In this document: one piece after another, positions 40,249-50,216 of the stretch
How the letters are laid out: every line of letters begins with the position of its first letter
Position numbering within the stretch: the stretch's first letter is position 1
Assembly (NCBI GenBank): GCA_963674735.2
Contig: CAXXQS010000001.1
Coordinates: 544,001 to 608,000 of the forward strand
Reading direction: 5' to 3'
Origin: Myxococcota bacterium
Lineage (GTDB): Bacteria; Myxococcota_A; SURF-8
DNA: 64,000 nucleotides
Position numbers and translations under genes: made by a program
The notes under the pieces: model-generated
Seen by the model: only the letters and a program-made list of their open reading frames with translations
Database searches by the model: none
What the model was told of the DNA's origin: nothing

Positions 40249-43101
40249 TTGACACCCGACCCCCTACAACCCGAAGCCCAGGCCAGAGTGAGAATCGACG
40301 CTCAGCTGGAAGCATCCGGCTGGGTTGTACAGGACTGGAAGGACATGAACCTCTATGCTGCTCAGGGGGTGGCTGTTCGGGAATTCGTGATGGCAACCGG
40401 TTACGGTTTTGCCGACTACCTGCTGTTCGTAGATCAGAAAGCCGTGGGGGTTCTGGAAGCCAAGAAGGAAGGCTTCACCCTGTCAGGTGTCGAAGGCCAG
40501 GCTGAGAAGTACAGCAAGGGACTCCCTGAAAACCTTTCCGTTCCCGTTCGACCTTTGCCGTTTCTTTATCAAGCCAACGGGGAAGAAACCCGTTTCACAA
40601 ATGGTCTTGACCCCGATCCTCGTGCCAGAGAAGTCTTCCAGATTCACCGTCCCGAAACCCTTGCCGAGTGGCTGTTAGCCGACAATCTGGACGATTGGGT
40701 GAAGTCCACCGGTTCCCACACGGCTGCTGACGATACACAACCTTCGACCTTCCGGTCACGTCTTCAGACTCTGCCGGAGCTGGAACGATCCTTCCTGTTC
40801 CCAAACCAGTTCACGGCCATCGGGAATCTGGAACACAGTCTGAAGCAAAACCACCCCCGTTCCCTGATTCAGATGGCTACCGGTTCCGGCAAGACCATCA
40901 TGGCCATTACGGCCCTGTACCGGCTGATTAAGTTCAGTGGAGCCAGACGAACACTTTTCCTGGTGGACAGGAAGAATCTGGGAGAACAGGCTGAGAAAGA
41001 GTTTCAAGGCTTTCGGACGCCGGACGACAACAAGAAGTTCACGGAGCTTTACAACGTCCAGCTTCTTCAATCCAACTCCATCAGAGATTCCTCGAAGGTA
41101 GCCATAACGACCATACAACGTCTGTATTCGATGTTGAAGGGTGAGCCCGACCTTGACCCTGCCCTGGAGGAAGAAAGTGCGTTTGAGGGCGTTCCTGGCC
41201 GTAAAGAACCTATGCCGGTGGTGTACAACGATACTTATCCACCGGAATTCTTCGATTTGATTGTGGTGGATGAATGCCACCGTTCCATTTACAGCCTCTG
41301 GCGGCAGGTGCTGGAATATTTCGATGCCTTCCTAGTGGGACTGACGGCCACCCCGGCCAAGCACACCTTCGGATTCTTCAACAAGAATCTGGTGATGGAA
41401 TACGACCACGACAAAGCCGTGGCCGACGGTGTGAACGTGGACTTCGATGTCTACCAGATCAAAACCCAGATCACCGAGCAGGGTTCCACCATCGAGGCCA
41501 ATGACGACCTGATGCTGACCTTCCGGGATCGTTCTACCCGTGCCAAACGGTGGGAAACCCCTGACGAGGATGTGGATTACACAGCCGGTGACCTCGACCG
41601 GAAGGTGGTGGCCAAAGACCAGATACGGACGATTGTCCGGACCTTCAAGGAAAAGCTGTACACGGAGATTTTCCCCGGCAGAACCGAAGTCCCCAAGACC
41701 TTGATTTTTGCCAAGGACGATTCCCATGCCGAAGACATCGTGGACATCGTTCGGGAGGAATTCGAACGGGGTAACGACTTCTGCCAGAAAATCACCTACA
41801 AGACCACGGCCAAGAAACCCAAGGAGCTGATTCAGGATTTCCGTAATTCCTACGAGCCTCGGATTGCCGTGACGGTGGACATGATTGCCACCGGCACCGA
41901 CATCAAGCCTATTGAAATTGTCATGTTCATGAGGGCGGTGAAAAGCCGGGGGCTGTTCGAGCAGATGAAAGGTCGTGGGGTTCGGGTGATTTCCAAGACC
42001 GATATGAAGGCTGTTTCTCCTGATGCCAAGAACGGCAAGACTCATTTCGTGATTGTGGATTGTGTGGGTCAGTTGGAGATGGAAATCAGCGACACCCATC
42101 CACTGGAACGGAAGAAATACGAATCCCTCAAGTCCCTGCTGAACCACGTTGCTGCCGGTGGCACCGACCCGGATGTGCTGTCTTCATTGGCTTCCCGTCT
42201 GTCCCGGCTGGAAAAGAAATTCTCGGTGGATGACCAGGAGCAGATTCGGAAGACCACCGAGGGTGTCCCCTTGAAGAAGATTGCCCGGGCTCTGGTGGAT
42301 GCCGTAGACCCGGATGTTCAGATCGAGAAAGCACGGGAGGTGAACCACCTGCCGGAGGATGCCGAACCCACCGAAGCTCAGGTGAAGGCCGTGGCCGATG
42401 ACCTGAAACGGGAGGCGGCCAAGCCCTTGGCAGCCAACCCGAAGCTCAGGAATACCATTCTGGAATTGAAGCAGAAGTTCGAGCAGTTGATTGATGAAGT
42501 CAGTATCGATCATGTCCTGTATGCCGGTGTGAGTGAAGAAGCCAAGGAAAAGGCCAAGGCTCTGGTGCAGGATTTTGAAACCTTCCTGGTCGAGAACCGG
42601 GACGAAATCGATGCCCTGCAATTCTTCTATGCCCAGCCTCACCGGCGACGGCTGACTTTTACCGACATCAAGGGTCTGGCCGAAGCCATCAAGGCTCCGC
42701 CCCGTTCGTGGACGCCGGATTTGTTGTGGAGAGCCTACGAGACGATGGAGAAATCCCGTGTCCGTGGGGCCAGTGGCCGGAGGCAGTTGGTGGATCTGGT
42801 GTCGTTGGTGAAGTTTGCCCTGAAGCAGGAACCGGTGTTGGAGCCGGTGAGTGAGCATGTGAAGGAACGTTTCGACAACTGGCTGGCCCAGCAGGAGACG
42901 GCGGGCCGGAGGTTTACGGACGAACAGACCCGTTGGCTGACGATGATCCGGGACCATATTGCCAGCAGTTGGGAAATGGAAATCGACGACTTCGACTATG
43001 CCCCCTTTGCCGAGGCCGGTGGCCTGGGTCGGGCTTCTCAGGTATTTGGGCAGGAGTTGAATGTGTTGTTGAAAGAGCTGAATGAGGCACTGGTGGCATG
43101 A
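40249..43101 (+). CDS. hsdR: Type I restriction enzyme R subunit (EcoAI/EcoEI-like)
   Basis: ADYLL..VLEAK, QMATGSGKT, DECHRS, LTATP, TGTDI, QMKGRG.R. Confidence 0.96.
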   Translation: MTPDPLQPEAQARVRIDAQLEASGWVVQDWKDMNLYAAQGVAVREFVMATGYGFADYLLFVDQKAVGVLEAKKEGFTLSGVEGQAEKYSKGLPENLSVPVRPLPFLYQANGEETRFTNGLDPDPRAREVFQIHRPETLAEWLLADNLDDWVKSTGSHTAADDTQPSTFRSRLQTLPELERSFLFPNQFTAIGNLEHSLKQNHPRSLIQMATGSGKTIMAITALYRLIKFSGARRTLFLVDRKNLGEQAEKEFQGFRTPDDNKKFTELYNVQLLQSNSIRDSSKVAITTIQRLYSMLKGEPDLDPALEEESAFEGVPGRKEPMPVVYNDTYPPEFFDLIVVDECHRSIYSLWRQVLEYFDAFLVGLTATPAKHTFGFFNKNLVMEYDHDKAVADGVNVDFDVYQIKTQITEQGSTIEANDDLMLTFRDRSTRAKRWETPDEDVDYTAGDLDRKVVAKDQIRTIVRTFKEKLYTEIFPGRTEVPKTLIFAKDDSHAEDIVDIVREEFERGNDFCQKITYKTTAKKPKELIQDFRNSYEPRIAVTVDMIATGTDIKPIEIVMFMRAVKSRGLFEQMKGRGVRVISKTDMKAVSPDAKNGKTHFVIVDCVGQLEMEISDTHPLERKKYESLKSLLNHVAAGGTDPDVLSSLASRLSRLEKKFSVDDQEQIRKTTEGVPLKKIARALVDAVDPDVQIEKAREVNHLPEDAEPTEAQVKAVADDLKREAAKPLAANPKLRNTILELKQKFEQLIDEVSIDHVLYAGVSEEAKEKAKALVQDFETFLVENRDEIDALQFFYAQPHRRRLTFTDIKGLAEAIKAPPRSWTPDLLWRAYETMEKSRVRGASGRRQLVDLVSLVKFALKQEPVLEPVSEHVKERFDNWLAQQETAGRRFTDEQTRWLTMIRDHIASSWEMEIDDFDYAPFAEAGGLGRASQVFGQELNVLLKELNEALVA

Positions 43102-43115
43102 GGAATTCAGACTAA

Positions 43116-44666
43116 ATGGCCAGATCAAAAAAACTCCAATTACCTGATCCCCCATCAACAGTTTTGCCAACTGGCTGGAGTTGGGCTCCTTTAGTTGACC
43201 TGACCAGAAAAATAGTAGATGGAACACACCATACCCCTAAATACAAGCCTGATGGGATTCCATTTTTATCTGTCAAGGATGTGAGAAACCAAAGACTCCA
43301 CTTTGATGATTGCAAGTACATTTCCCCTGAAGAGCATGATGAACTGACCAAAAGATGTCACCCAGAAAGGGGAGATTTGTTGGTGACCAAATCCGGCACC
43401 ATAGGAAGGACTGCAATTGTAAAGACTGATATTCCGTTCAGTTTGTTCGTTAGTGTTGCTCTGCTCAAACTTGTAGAAGTGGACGTGGATGTTCGGTGGA
43501 TTGAGTATTCTTTTCAGAATTGGCTCCAAAATACCAATGTTCAAAATGATGTAAAAGGCACTGCAATAAAAAATCTTCACCTCGAAGATTTCCGCCAAAT
43601 GTGGGTCCCGTTTCCACCCCTCCCCGAACAGCACCGGATCGTAGCGGCCATCGAGACCTATTTCTCCCGGCTGGACAAGGCCGTGGAAGCCCTGGAACGG
43701 GTGAAAGCCAACCTGAAACGGTACCGGGCCAGTGTGCTGAAGGCTGCCGTCGAGGGTCGGCTGGTGCCCACCGAAGCCGAGCTGGCCAAGGCTGAAGGAC
43801 GTTCGTTCGAACCGGCTTCCGTGCTGCTGGAACGAATTCTCAAAGAACGACGGAAGAAGTGGGAGGAGGCCGGACGTAAGGGCAAATACAAAACCCCCGC
43901 CGCCCCCGACACCAACGGCCTGCCGGAACTGCCGGAGGGCTGGTGCTGGGCTACGGTGGAGCAATTGGCAGCAGATGAACCACGATCACTGACTGATGGT
44001 CCGTTTGGTTCGAATCTAAAAACTGCACACTATACAGATTCTGGGCCAAGGGTGGTAAGGCTTCAGAATATTGGGGAAACCAAGTTTCAAGATGCTGAAG
44101 CTCATGTCTCAGAATCTCACTACCAAAAATTGATAAAACATGCCGTATTTGAAGGAGACATTGTCATAGCTTCTCTTGGAGAAGAATTGCCAAGAGCCTG
44201 TTTGGTTCCCAAGTGGCTAGGTGATGCAATCGTCAAGGCTGATTGTTTAAGGTATAAGCCGAATCCCAATTTGGCTTTTTCCCCATACATCATGTTCACA
44301 CTAAACTCTCGGGTAATTAGGAATTTCACGAAAGAGCTAATTCATGGGGTCGGTCGGCCTCGAATTGGATTGACTGTACTTCGAGAGATACCAATTCCGT
44401 TACCTCCTTTTCATGAACAGATACGGATTGCAGAAGAAATCCATAGGTTGTGGTCAGTCTCCGAGAAATCAAACGAAGTAATTGACACCAACCTCCAACG
44501 AACCACCCGTCTCCGGCAGGCCATCCTGAAATGGGCCTTTGAAGGCAAGCTGGCCGACCAGGACCCGAACGACGAACCGGCATCGGAACTCTTGGAGAGG
44601 ATTCGGCAGGAACGGGAGGGGATGGGGACGGGGAAGAAGGTGAAAAGACGGGGGAGGAAAGGATGA
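43116..44666 (+). CDS. hsdS: Type I R-M specificity subunit
   Basis: LP.GW.W and PPL.EQ.RI repeats around two TRDs; DEPASELLERI tail. Confidence 0.96.
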   Translation: MARSKKLQLPDPPSTVLPTGWSWAPLVDLTRKIVDGTHHTPKYKPDGIPFLSVKDVRNQRLHFDDCKYISPEEHDELTKRCHPERGDLLVTKSGTIGRTAIVKTDIPFSLFVSVALLKLVEVDVDVRWIEYSFQNWLQNTNVQNDVKGTAIKNLHLEDFRQMWVPFPPLPEQHRIVAAIETYFSRLDKAVEALERVKANLKRYRASVLKAAVEGRLVPTEAELAKAEGRSFEPASVLLERILKERRKKWEEAGRKGKYKTPAAPDTNGLPELPEGWCWATVEQLAADEPRSLTDGPFGSNLKTAHYTDSGPRVVRLQNIGETKFQDAEAHVSESHYQKLIKHAVFEGDIVIASLGEELPRACLVPKWLGDAIVKADCLRYKPNPNLAFSPYIMFTLNSRVIRNFTKELIHGVGRPRIGLTVLREIPIPLPPFHEQIRIAEEIHRLWSVSEKSNEVIDTNLQRTTRLRQAILKWAFEGKLADQDPNDEPASELLERIRQEREGMGTGKKVKRRGRKG

Positions 44667-44737
44667 GTGGCTATCAAAATATTCTTTCCCAATTCAGCTA
44701 TTCCTCTTTACCCAGTCAATGCTTGGACATTATGTAG

Positions 44738-45730
44738 GTGATCAATTTGGATTTTTGGCTAGATGACACAACTGGAGTATTAGCTATTTGCATATTCCTT
44801 GCGAGGTTAGCAGACTTTTTAATCATGCCGGAAGGTAGACGCTGGTTAATAAGGAAGGCTGGTAATGTCTGGGTTTTGCTCGAAGAAATGACATTTCGAG
44901 GAATTATTACTCAAGATGCTGCGATATTGCTTGAGTTCGCCGATAAGGTTAAAAACCATTTCAAGATGCCAATTTTCTTGCTTTCTGTGTTGTCCTCAGG
45001 CGTCATTGCGGTGTATTTCTATTTCATATCCTATTCTCACAGTATATATGCGGGATTGCTAATCATATTAGTTGTCTCGTTTATTATTGCCGACAAATTG
45101 ATTCCATCTGAACTTTGGAAAATGAAGCACAATAATAAGCTTGTAAGCTCGGCTAATTATAGTGGATGGGGATTCGGTGGTGTCATCTTTGTAGACACAA
45201 TTAAAGACGTGATACTCGCAATATATCTCTGGACAACAGATGCTGAATTTTTAGAAATTCCAAAACATTATTATTTGTATATTATGACGTTGATTCTTTT
45301 TATTACAAACAAGGTGTCTTATGGCGTTGCTAGATACTATTTCAAGAAGATAATTGGAACTTCAAGCATTTTGGCAATGATAAGACATTTGGTTTTTGCA
45401 AATGCACTAACATTGATTTTATTCACTGTTGTATACTATTGTTACTATGCAATGCTTAATAATGTAACTCTGCCGAGTGGACTGTTTGCCGGAGAAGGTG
45501 CAAAGACAGCATTTATTGTCTGCTATCTGGCTGTGTCAGCTTTTCCTTTGGTTGTGTTTCAATGGTTTTTAACAATATCTCTATTTTGTAAAATTGTTTC
45601 ATACTTGCCATGGTTGTCTTCCATCCCATTTAGAGCTTACTATTCTGATGATGGAAACAATTTGACCAAAGTTGCTGTTCTGATATCAGGATTGGTAAAG
45701 ACAATTCAATATCTCGTGAAGGAGGCCTAA
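44738..45730 (+). CDS. Multi-pass membrane protein inserted between hsdS and hsdM
   Basis: About 7-8 hydrophobic segments; AT-rich relative to the flanking hsd genes. Confidence 0.75.
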   Translation: MINLDFWLDDTTGVLAICIFLARLADFLIMPEGRRWLIRKAGNVWVLLEEMTFRGIITQDAAILLEFADKVKNHFKMPIFLLSVLSSGVIAVYFYFISYSHSIYAGLLIILVVSFIIADKLIPSELWKMKHNNKLVSSANYSGWGFGGVIFVDTIKDVILAIYLWTTDAEFLEIPKHYYLYIMTLILFITNKVSYGVARYYFKKIIGTSSILAMIRHLVFANALTLILFTVVYYCYYAMLNNVTLPSGLFAGEGAKTAFIVCYLAVSAFPLVVFQWFLTISLFCKIVSYLPWLSSIPFRAYYSDDGNNLTKVAVLISGLVKTIQYLVKEA

Positions 45731-45788
45731 ATGCTGCAAAAGTCTCCGATAATTTACAACATTCGGCATAATAGAAGATGGTGATACA

Positions 45789-47291
45789 ATGACCGACTCA
45801 TCAGCCCGAATCGTCCAGAAACTCTGGTCTTACTGCAACGTCCTGCGGGACGACGGCCTCTCCTATCAGGACTACCTCGAACAGTTGACCTTCCTGCTGT
45901 TCCTCAAGATGGCCGACGAACGGGCCAGACTGACCGGCAAGGACCAGCCCATCCCTGAAGGCTACCGCTGGGAAGACCTGTCCAACCCCCAGATGGAAGG
46001 CACCAAACTCGAAGCCTTCTACCGGAAGCTCCTGTCCGAACTCGGCAAACAGAAGGGGATGCTGGGGCTGGTATTCCGTAAGGCCCAGAACAAAATTCAG
46101 GACCCGGCCAAACTGAGGCAGTTGGTGGTGGAACTTATCGGCAAGGAGCAGTGGCTCTCGATGGATGCCGACGTGAAGGGGGACGCCTACGAGGGGCTTC
46201 TCGAACGGAACGCCCAGGACGTAAAGGGCGGAGCCGGACAGTATTTTACACCCAGACCCTTGATTCAGGCCATCGTGGATTGTGTGAAGCCCACTCCCGG
46301 TGAACGGATCATCGACCCGGCCTGTGGCACCGGCGGCTTCCTGCTGGCAGCCCACGACTACCTGGCCGGAACCTACAAACTCGACCGTGACCAGAAGAAG
46401 CACCTGGCCTATGAAGCCCTGCACGGGGTTGAACTGGTGGACGGTGTAGCCCGGCTCTGTGCCATGAACTACATCCTCCACGGCATCGGACCGATCAACG
46501 GGGAATACGAACCGACCCTGAAGGGTGGAGAAGACAGCTTACGGGACGAACCACCGGAACACTACGAGGTGGTCATCACCAATCCGCCCTTCGGCAAGAA
46601 AAGCAGCATCACCGTCATTGCCGACGACGGCAAGTCCAACACGGAAACCATCTCCTACAACCGCCCTGATTTCTGGACGACGACCTCCAACAAGCAACTG
46701 AACTTCGTGCAGCACGTCAAATCCCTGCTGGAAATTCACGGACGAGCTGCCGTCGTGGTGCCGGATAACGTGCTGTTTGAGGGAGGAGCCGGGGAAACGG
46801 TGAGGAAGAAACTCCTTCAGGAGTGTGATGTCCACACCCTGCTCAGGCTGCCGACCGGAATCTTCTATGCCCAGGGGGTCAAGGCCAACGTCCTCTTCTT
46901 CGACCGGAAGCCCGGAGCCAAGACAGCTTGGACCAAGAAGTTGTGGGTCTACGATTTCAGAACCAACAAACACTTCACCCTGAAGACCCGACGGCTGGTT
47001 CGTTCGGACATAGACGAGTTTGTGGAACTCTACAAGCCCGACAATCGAAACACCAGAAAGGCCACCTGGTCGGAAAAGAACCCCGAAGGCCGGTGGCGGT
47101 CCTTCACCTATGAGGAACTGCTGGCCAGAGACAAGGTGTCCCTCGATATCTTCTGGCTTCGGGATGAATCCCTCGAAGATTCGGCCAACCTCCCCGACCC
47201 GAACGTCCTGGCCCAGGAGATTGCCGACGACCTGAATGCCGCCCTGGAGCAGATTGAGGGGATTCTTGGGGACTTGGAGGAAAGGGTATGA
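45789..47291 (+). CDS. hsdM: Type I R-M methyltransferase
   Basis: GQYFTPR, DPACGTGGFL, NPPF, LRLPTGIFY. Confidence 0.97.
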   Translation: MTDSSARIVQKLWSYCNVLRDDGLSYQDYLEQLTFLLFLKMADERARLTGKDQPIPEGYRWEDLSNPQMEGTKLEAFYRKLLSELGKQKGMLGLVFRKAQNKIQDPAKLRQLVVELIGKEQWLSMDADVKGDAYEGLLERNAQDVKGGAGQYFTPRPLIQAIVDCVKPTPGERIIDPACGTGGFLLAAHDYLAGTYKLDRDQKKHLAYEALHGVELVDGVARLCAMNYILHGIGPINGEYEPTLKGGEDSLRDEPPEHYEVVITNPPFGKKSSITVIADDGKSNTETISYNRPDFWTTTSNKQLNFVQHVKSLLEIHGRAAVVVPDNVLFEGGAGETVRKKLLQECDVHTLLRLPTGIFYAQGVKANVLFFDRKPGAKTAWTKKLWVYDFRTNKHFTLKTRRLVRSDIDEFVELYKPDNRNTRKATWSEKNPEGRWRSFTYEELLARDKVSLDIFWLRDESLEDSANLPDPNVLAQEIADDLNAALEQIEGILGDLEERV

Positions 47292-47349
47292 TGGAATGCC
47301 AAACACAAATATACTTACAATACACTCTGAATCGGAGGGATGTCGAATA

Positions 47350-48252
47350 ATGGACCTCCAACAAGCTTATTATGAACTCAAGTTTGAAAATGCCTTCTTG
47401 AAGGCAAAAGGAGATGCATTCCAAGACTTCTTTGAAAAACTGATGGGGTTGGCATACAAGGCAGATTTTATGGCATGTCACCCTTGGGGTAATCGTGGCG
47501 ATAAAAAAAATGATGGCTTTCTTAAGTCTGAGAGAAGGCTATTTCAGGTATATGCACCATATGAAATGACTGAAACAAAAGCTATTGATAAAATTACAGA
47601 GGACTTTAATGGAGCACTGGAGTATTGGGGCAGCCTTTTTGACAAGTGGGTTTTTGCTCATAATGCAGATGATGGCCTTCCACCACATGTACAGAAGGTC
47701 CTATTGGATTTTGAACAGGACCATCCGGGAGTAACAATTGAGCCTTGGTGTCGTGAGGAGCTACGTTCGGTTTTTCGACTTTTATCAATTGATGACCTTC
47801 AGTCTTGGTTTGGTTTTGCTCCGACTTCAGAAACTAAAGCAAGACTAGGATTTAGAGATTTACAGATAGTTCTTGAGAATATTTCTCAGAACCCAGTCAA
47901 GAGCAATGGACCAGTGAAAGATGTTCCTCCCGGTAAGATTCTGGCAAATGCCCTGTCTCCAGCTATTGAGAAATTGCTTAAGGAAGGCATGTCAAAGGTC
48001 TCTCTCGTAGAAGATTTTTTCAGCCAGTGGCATGACCATACCCTTGGAGAACGTATATCCAAGTCGTTTAGAGCAAAATATGATGAACTAAAAGCTGATT
48101 ACACTCCGAATACAATATTCACTGAGCTTCAAGCATGGAGTGGAGGAAAAGAACGTGGGGTTCCCGAGCATGAACTGGCCGTATTGACGGTAATGGCCTA
48201 CTATTTTGAAAGATGTGATATTTTCGAAGAGCCAGGGAGTGAGAAACTATGA
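47350..48252 (+). CDS. Lamassu/ABC-3C effector, nuclease-like N-terminus plus CTD (LmuA-like)
   Basis: FQDFFE.LM...G..GDKKNDG...FQVYAP..K...DF; C-terminal YYFERCDIFE. Confidence 0.85.
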   Translation: MDLQQAYYELKFENAFLKAKGDAFQDFFEKLMGLAYKADFMACHPWGNRGDKKNDGFLKSERRLFQVYAPYEMTETKAIDKITEDFNGALEYWGSLFDKWVFAHNADDGLPPHVQKVLLDFEQDHPGVTIEPWCREELRSVFRLLSIDDLQSWFGFAPTSETKARLGFRDLQIVLENISQNPVKSNGPVKDVPPGKILANALSPAIEKLLKEGMSKVSLVEDFFSQWHDHTLGERISKSFRAKYDELKADYTPNTIFTELQAWSGGKERGVPEHELAVLTVMAYYFERCDIFEEPGSEKL

Positions 48253-48497
48253 TATTACCATCGAAACACCTTTCTCAAAGTCAAGCTCTGCTTACCTTCG
48301 GAGCCATGATATTGGATAACCTTCGAACACCAAAAACGGTTTCCTCTCTTTGGGAGGAATTTCGAAAACGAGATTTTGCAGACGATGTGGTTTCAGTACC
48401 TCAAAATTACGACTGGTTCATTTTGGCTTTGGACCTATTGTTCATCATCCACGCTGTGGAGTTGGAGGACGGGCTACTCACTCGGAAGGCATCATGA
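48249..48497 (+). CDS. Lamassu/ABC-3C middle component (LmuC-like)
   Basis: MILPSKHL...TVSSLW...YDWFILALDLLF; overlaps both neighbours. Confidence 0.85.
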   Translation: MILPSKHLSQSQALLTFGAMILDNLRTPKTVSSLWEEFRKRDFADDVVSVPQNYDWFILALDLLFIIHAVELEDGLLTRKAS

Positions 48498-50215
48498 TAC
48501 ATTGTATATACAGCAACCTGCCAAAGTTTAAAACAGTTGAATTTCATCGTGGACTCAACGTTTTAATTGTTCGTAGGGAACAGGAATCGACGGAAAAACA
48601 GACTCGAAACAGGGCAGGAAAAACTAGCCTGATTGAGATTGTTCATTTGCTTACAGGTGCTGACATCAAAAAGGACTCACCATTCCGTTCTGATAAACTT
48701 TCTGAAGCTATGTTTGGTATGGAATTCGATCTTGGAGGAAGCAAGACAAAAGTTGAACGAAAGACCAAAAAAAACACGAAAATCGTTATGCAGGACTACG
48801 ACAGGGATAGAAAAGAAAAGGAATTGTCTCATAAACATTGGCTCCAAATCCTAGGTGATTGCTTGTTTGACTTAGGTACCACTTCTGATGGACAGGGAAA
48901 TCCACCTACGTTTCGGTCGCTCTTCCCATATTTTGTTCGACGGCAGAATAGTGGAGGTTTTTCTAGTCCTGAAAAGCAAGCAAATATGCAACAGGTTGGC
49001 GATTTCCAGAAAGCTTTGATGTTTTTACTTGGATTAGATTGGACGATTGCAAGTGACTGGCAGCAGGTACGAAATAGAGAGAAGACACTAAAAGAACTTA
49101 AAAAAGCTGCAGGTATTGGAGCTTTTGGAAACATAATCGGAAAAGCATCAGACCTGCGTACTCAGCTAGCAGTGGCAGAAGCCAACTTGAAAAAACTTCG
49201 GAACCAAGTTGATTCATTTAAAGTCCATGCAGAGTATTCAGAACTTGAAACAGAAGCTGATAAAATAACAAGCAAAATGAACATTCTCTCGAACGAAAAC
49301 ACAATTGATATTGCAGTGATTCGTGATATTGAAAAAGCTTTGCAGTCGGAACATCCTCCCACTCTATCCAATTTGGAAGAAATTTATGCAGAGGTGGGGG
49401 TTTCATTGCCTCAGGTTGCCACAAAAAGGTATGAAGAGGTACGTAGCTTTCATGAATCTGTGATTCGAAATAGGCGAGATTACTTATCGGAAGAACTAAA
49501 CTCAGCCAAACAAAGAGTTGAAATCCGAAACGAAAGCAAGGCAAAGCTAGACCAAAAAAGATCGGAAGTTATGGGCATTCTCCAAAGTCATGGGGCCCTC
49601 GAACAGTTTTCAAAACTTCAAGCAAAAATAATTAAGTTAGAAACTGATGTAGAGGTTCTTCGGCAACGGTTTCAGGCTGCTGAACAACTAGAAGGCTCTA
49701 AGACTGAACTTGAAATAGAGAGAAATCGACTAACACTACGATTACGTAGAGATTTCACCGAACAAAAACAAAGACTGGATGAGGCCATTCTAGCTTTTGA
49801 GGAAATTTCAAAACGTCTGTATGAATCTGCAGGCAGTATGACCGTTGAAGCCACATCCAACGGTCCACTTTTTGAGTTTCCTATGCAGGGGTCAAGCAGT
49901 AAAGGTATTCGGAATATTCAAATTTTCTGCTTTGACATGATGCTCATGAGAGTCTGCAACAAAAGAGGTTTTGGAACTGAGTTTTTAATCCACGATAGTC
50001 ATCTATTCGATGGTGTGGACGGTAGACAAGTCATAAGTGCCCTTAAAGTTGGCTCTCAGATAGCTGATGAGCTTGGATTTCAATACATTGTCACTCTAAA
50101 TGAAGACGATGCCTTTAAGGAAAGTGCAGACGGCTTCGATATACGGGAGCATATTCTTCCAGTTACTCTCACCGATGCAACAGAAGATGGTGGGTTGTTC
50201 GGTTTCCGATTCTAA
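48494..50215 (+). CDS. Lamassu/ABC-3C SMC-like ATPase (DUF2326, LmuB-like)
   Basis: FHRGLN, RNRAGKT Walker A, coiled coil, SKG, FCFD, FLIHDSHLFDGVD, QYIVTLN. Confidence 0.9.
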   Translation: MIHCIYSNLPKFKTVEFHRGLNVLIVRREQESTEKQTRNRAGKTSLIEIVHLLTGADIKKDSPFRSDKLSEAMFGMEFDLGGSKTKVERKTKKNTKIVMQDYDRDRKEKELSHKHWLQILGDCLFDLGTTSDGQGNPPTFRSLFPYFVRRQNSGGFSSPEKQANMQQVGDFQKALMFLLGLDWTIASDWQQVRNREKTLKELKKAAGIGAFGNIIGKASDLRTQLAVAEANLKKLRNQVDSFKVHAEYSELETEADKITSKMNILSNENTIDIAVIRDIEKALQSEHPPTLSNLEEIYAEVGVSLPQVATKRYEEVRSFHESVIRNRRDYLSEELNSAKQRVEIRNESKAKLDQKRSEVMGILQSHGALEQFSKLQAKIIKLETDVEVLRQRFQAAEQLEGSKTELEIERNRLTLRLRRDFTEQKQRLDEAILAFEEISKRLYESAGSMTVEATSNGPLFEFPMQGSSSKGIRNIQIFCFDMMLMRVCNKRGFGTEFLIHDSHLFDGVDGRQVISALKVGSQIADELGFQYIVTLNEDDAFKESADGFDIREHILPVTLTDATEDGGLFGFRF

Positions 50216-50216
50216 A

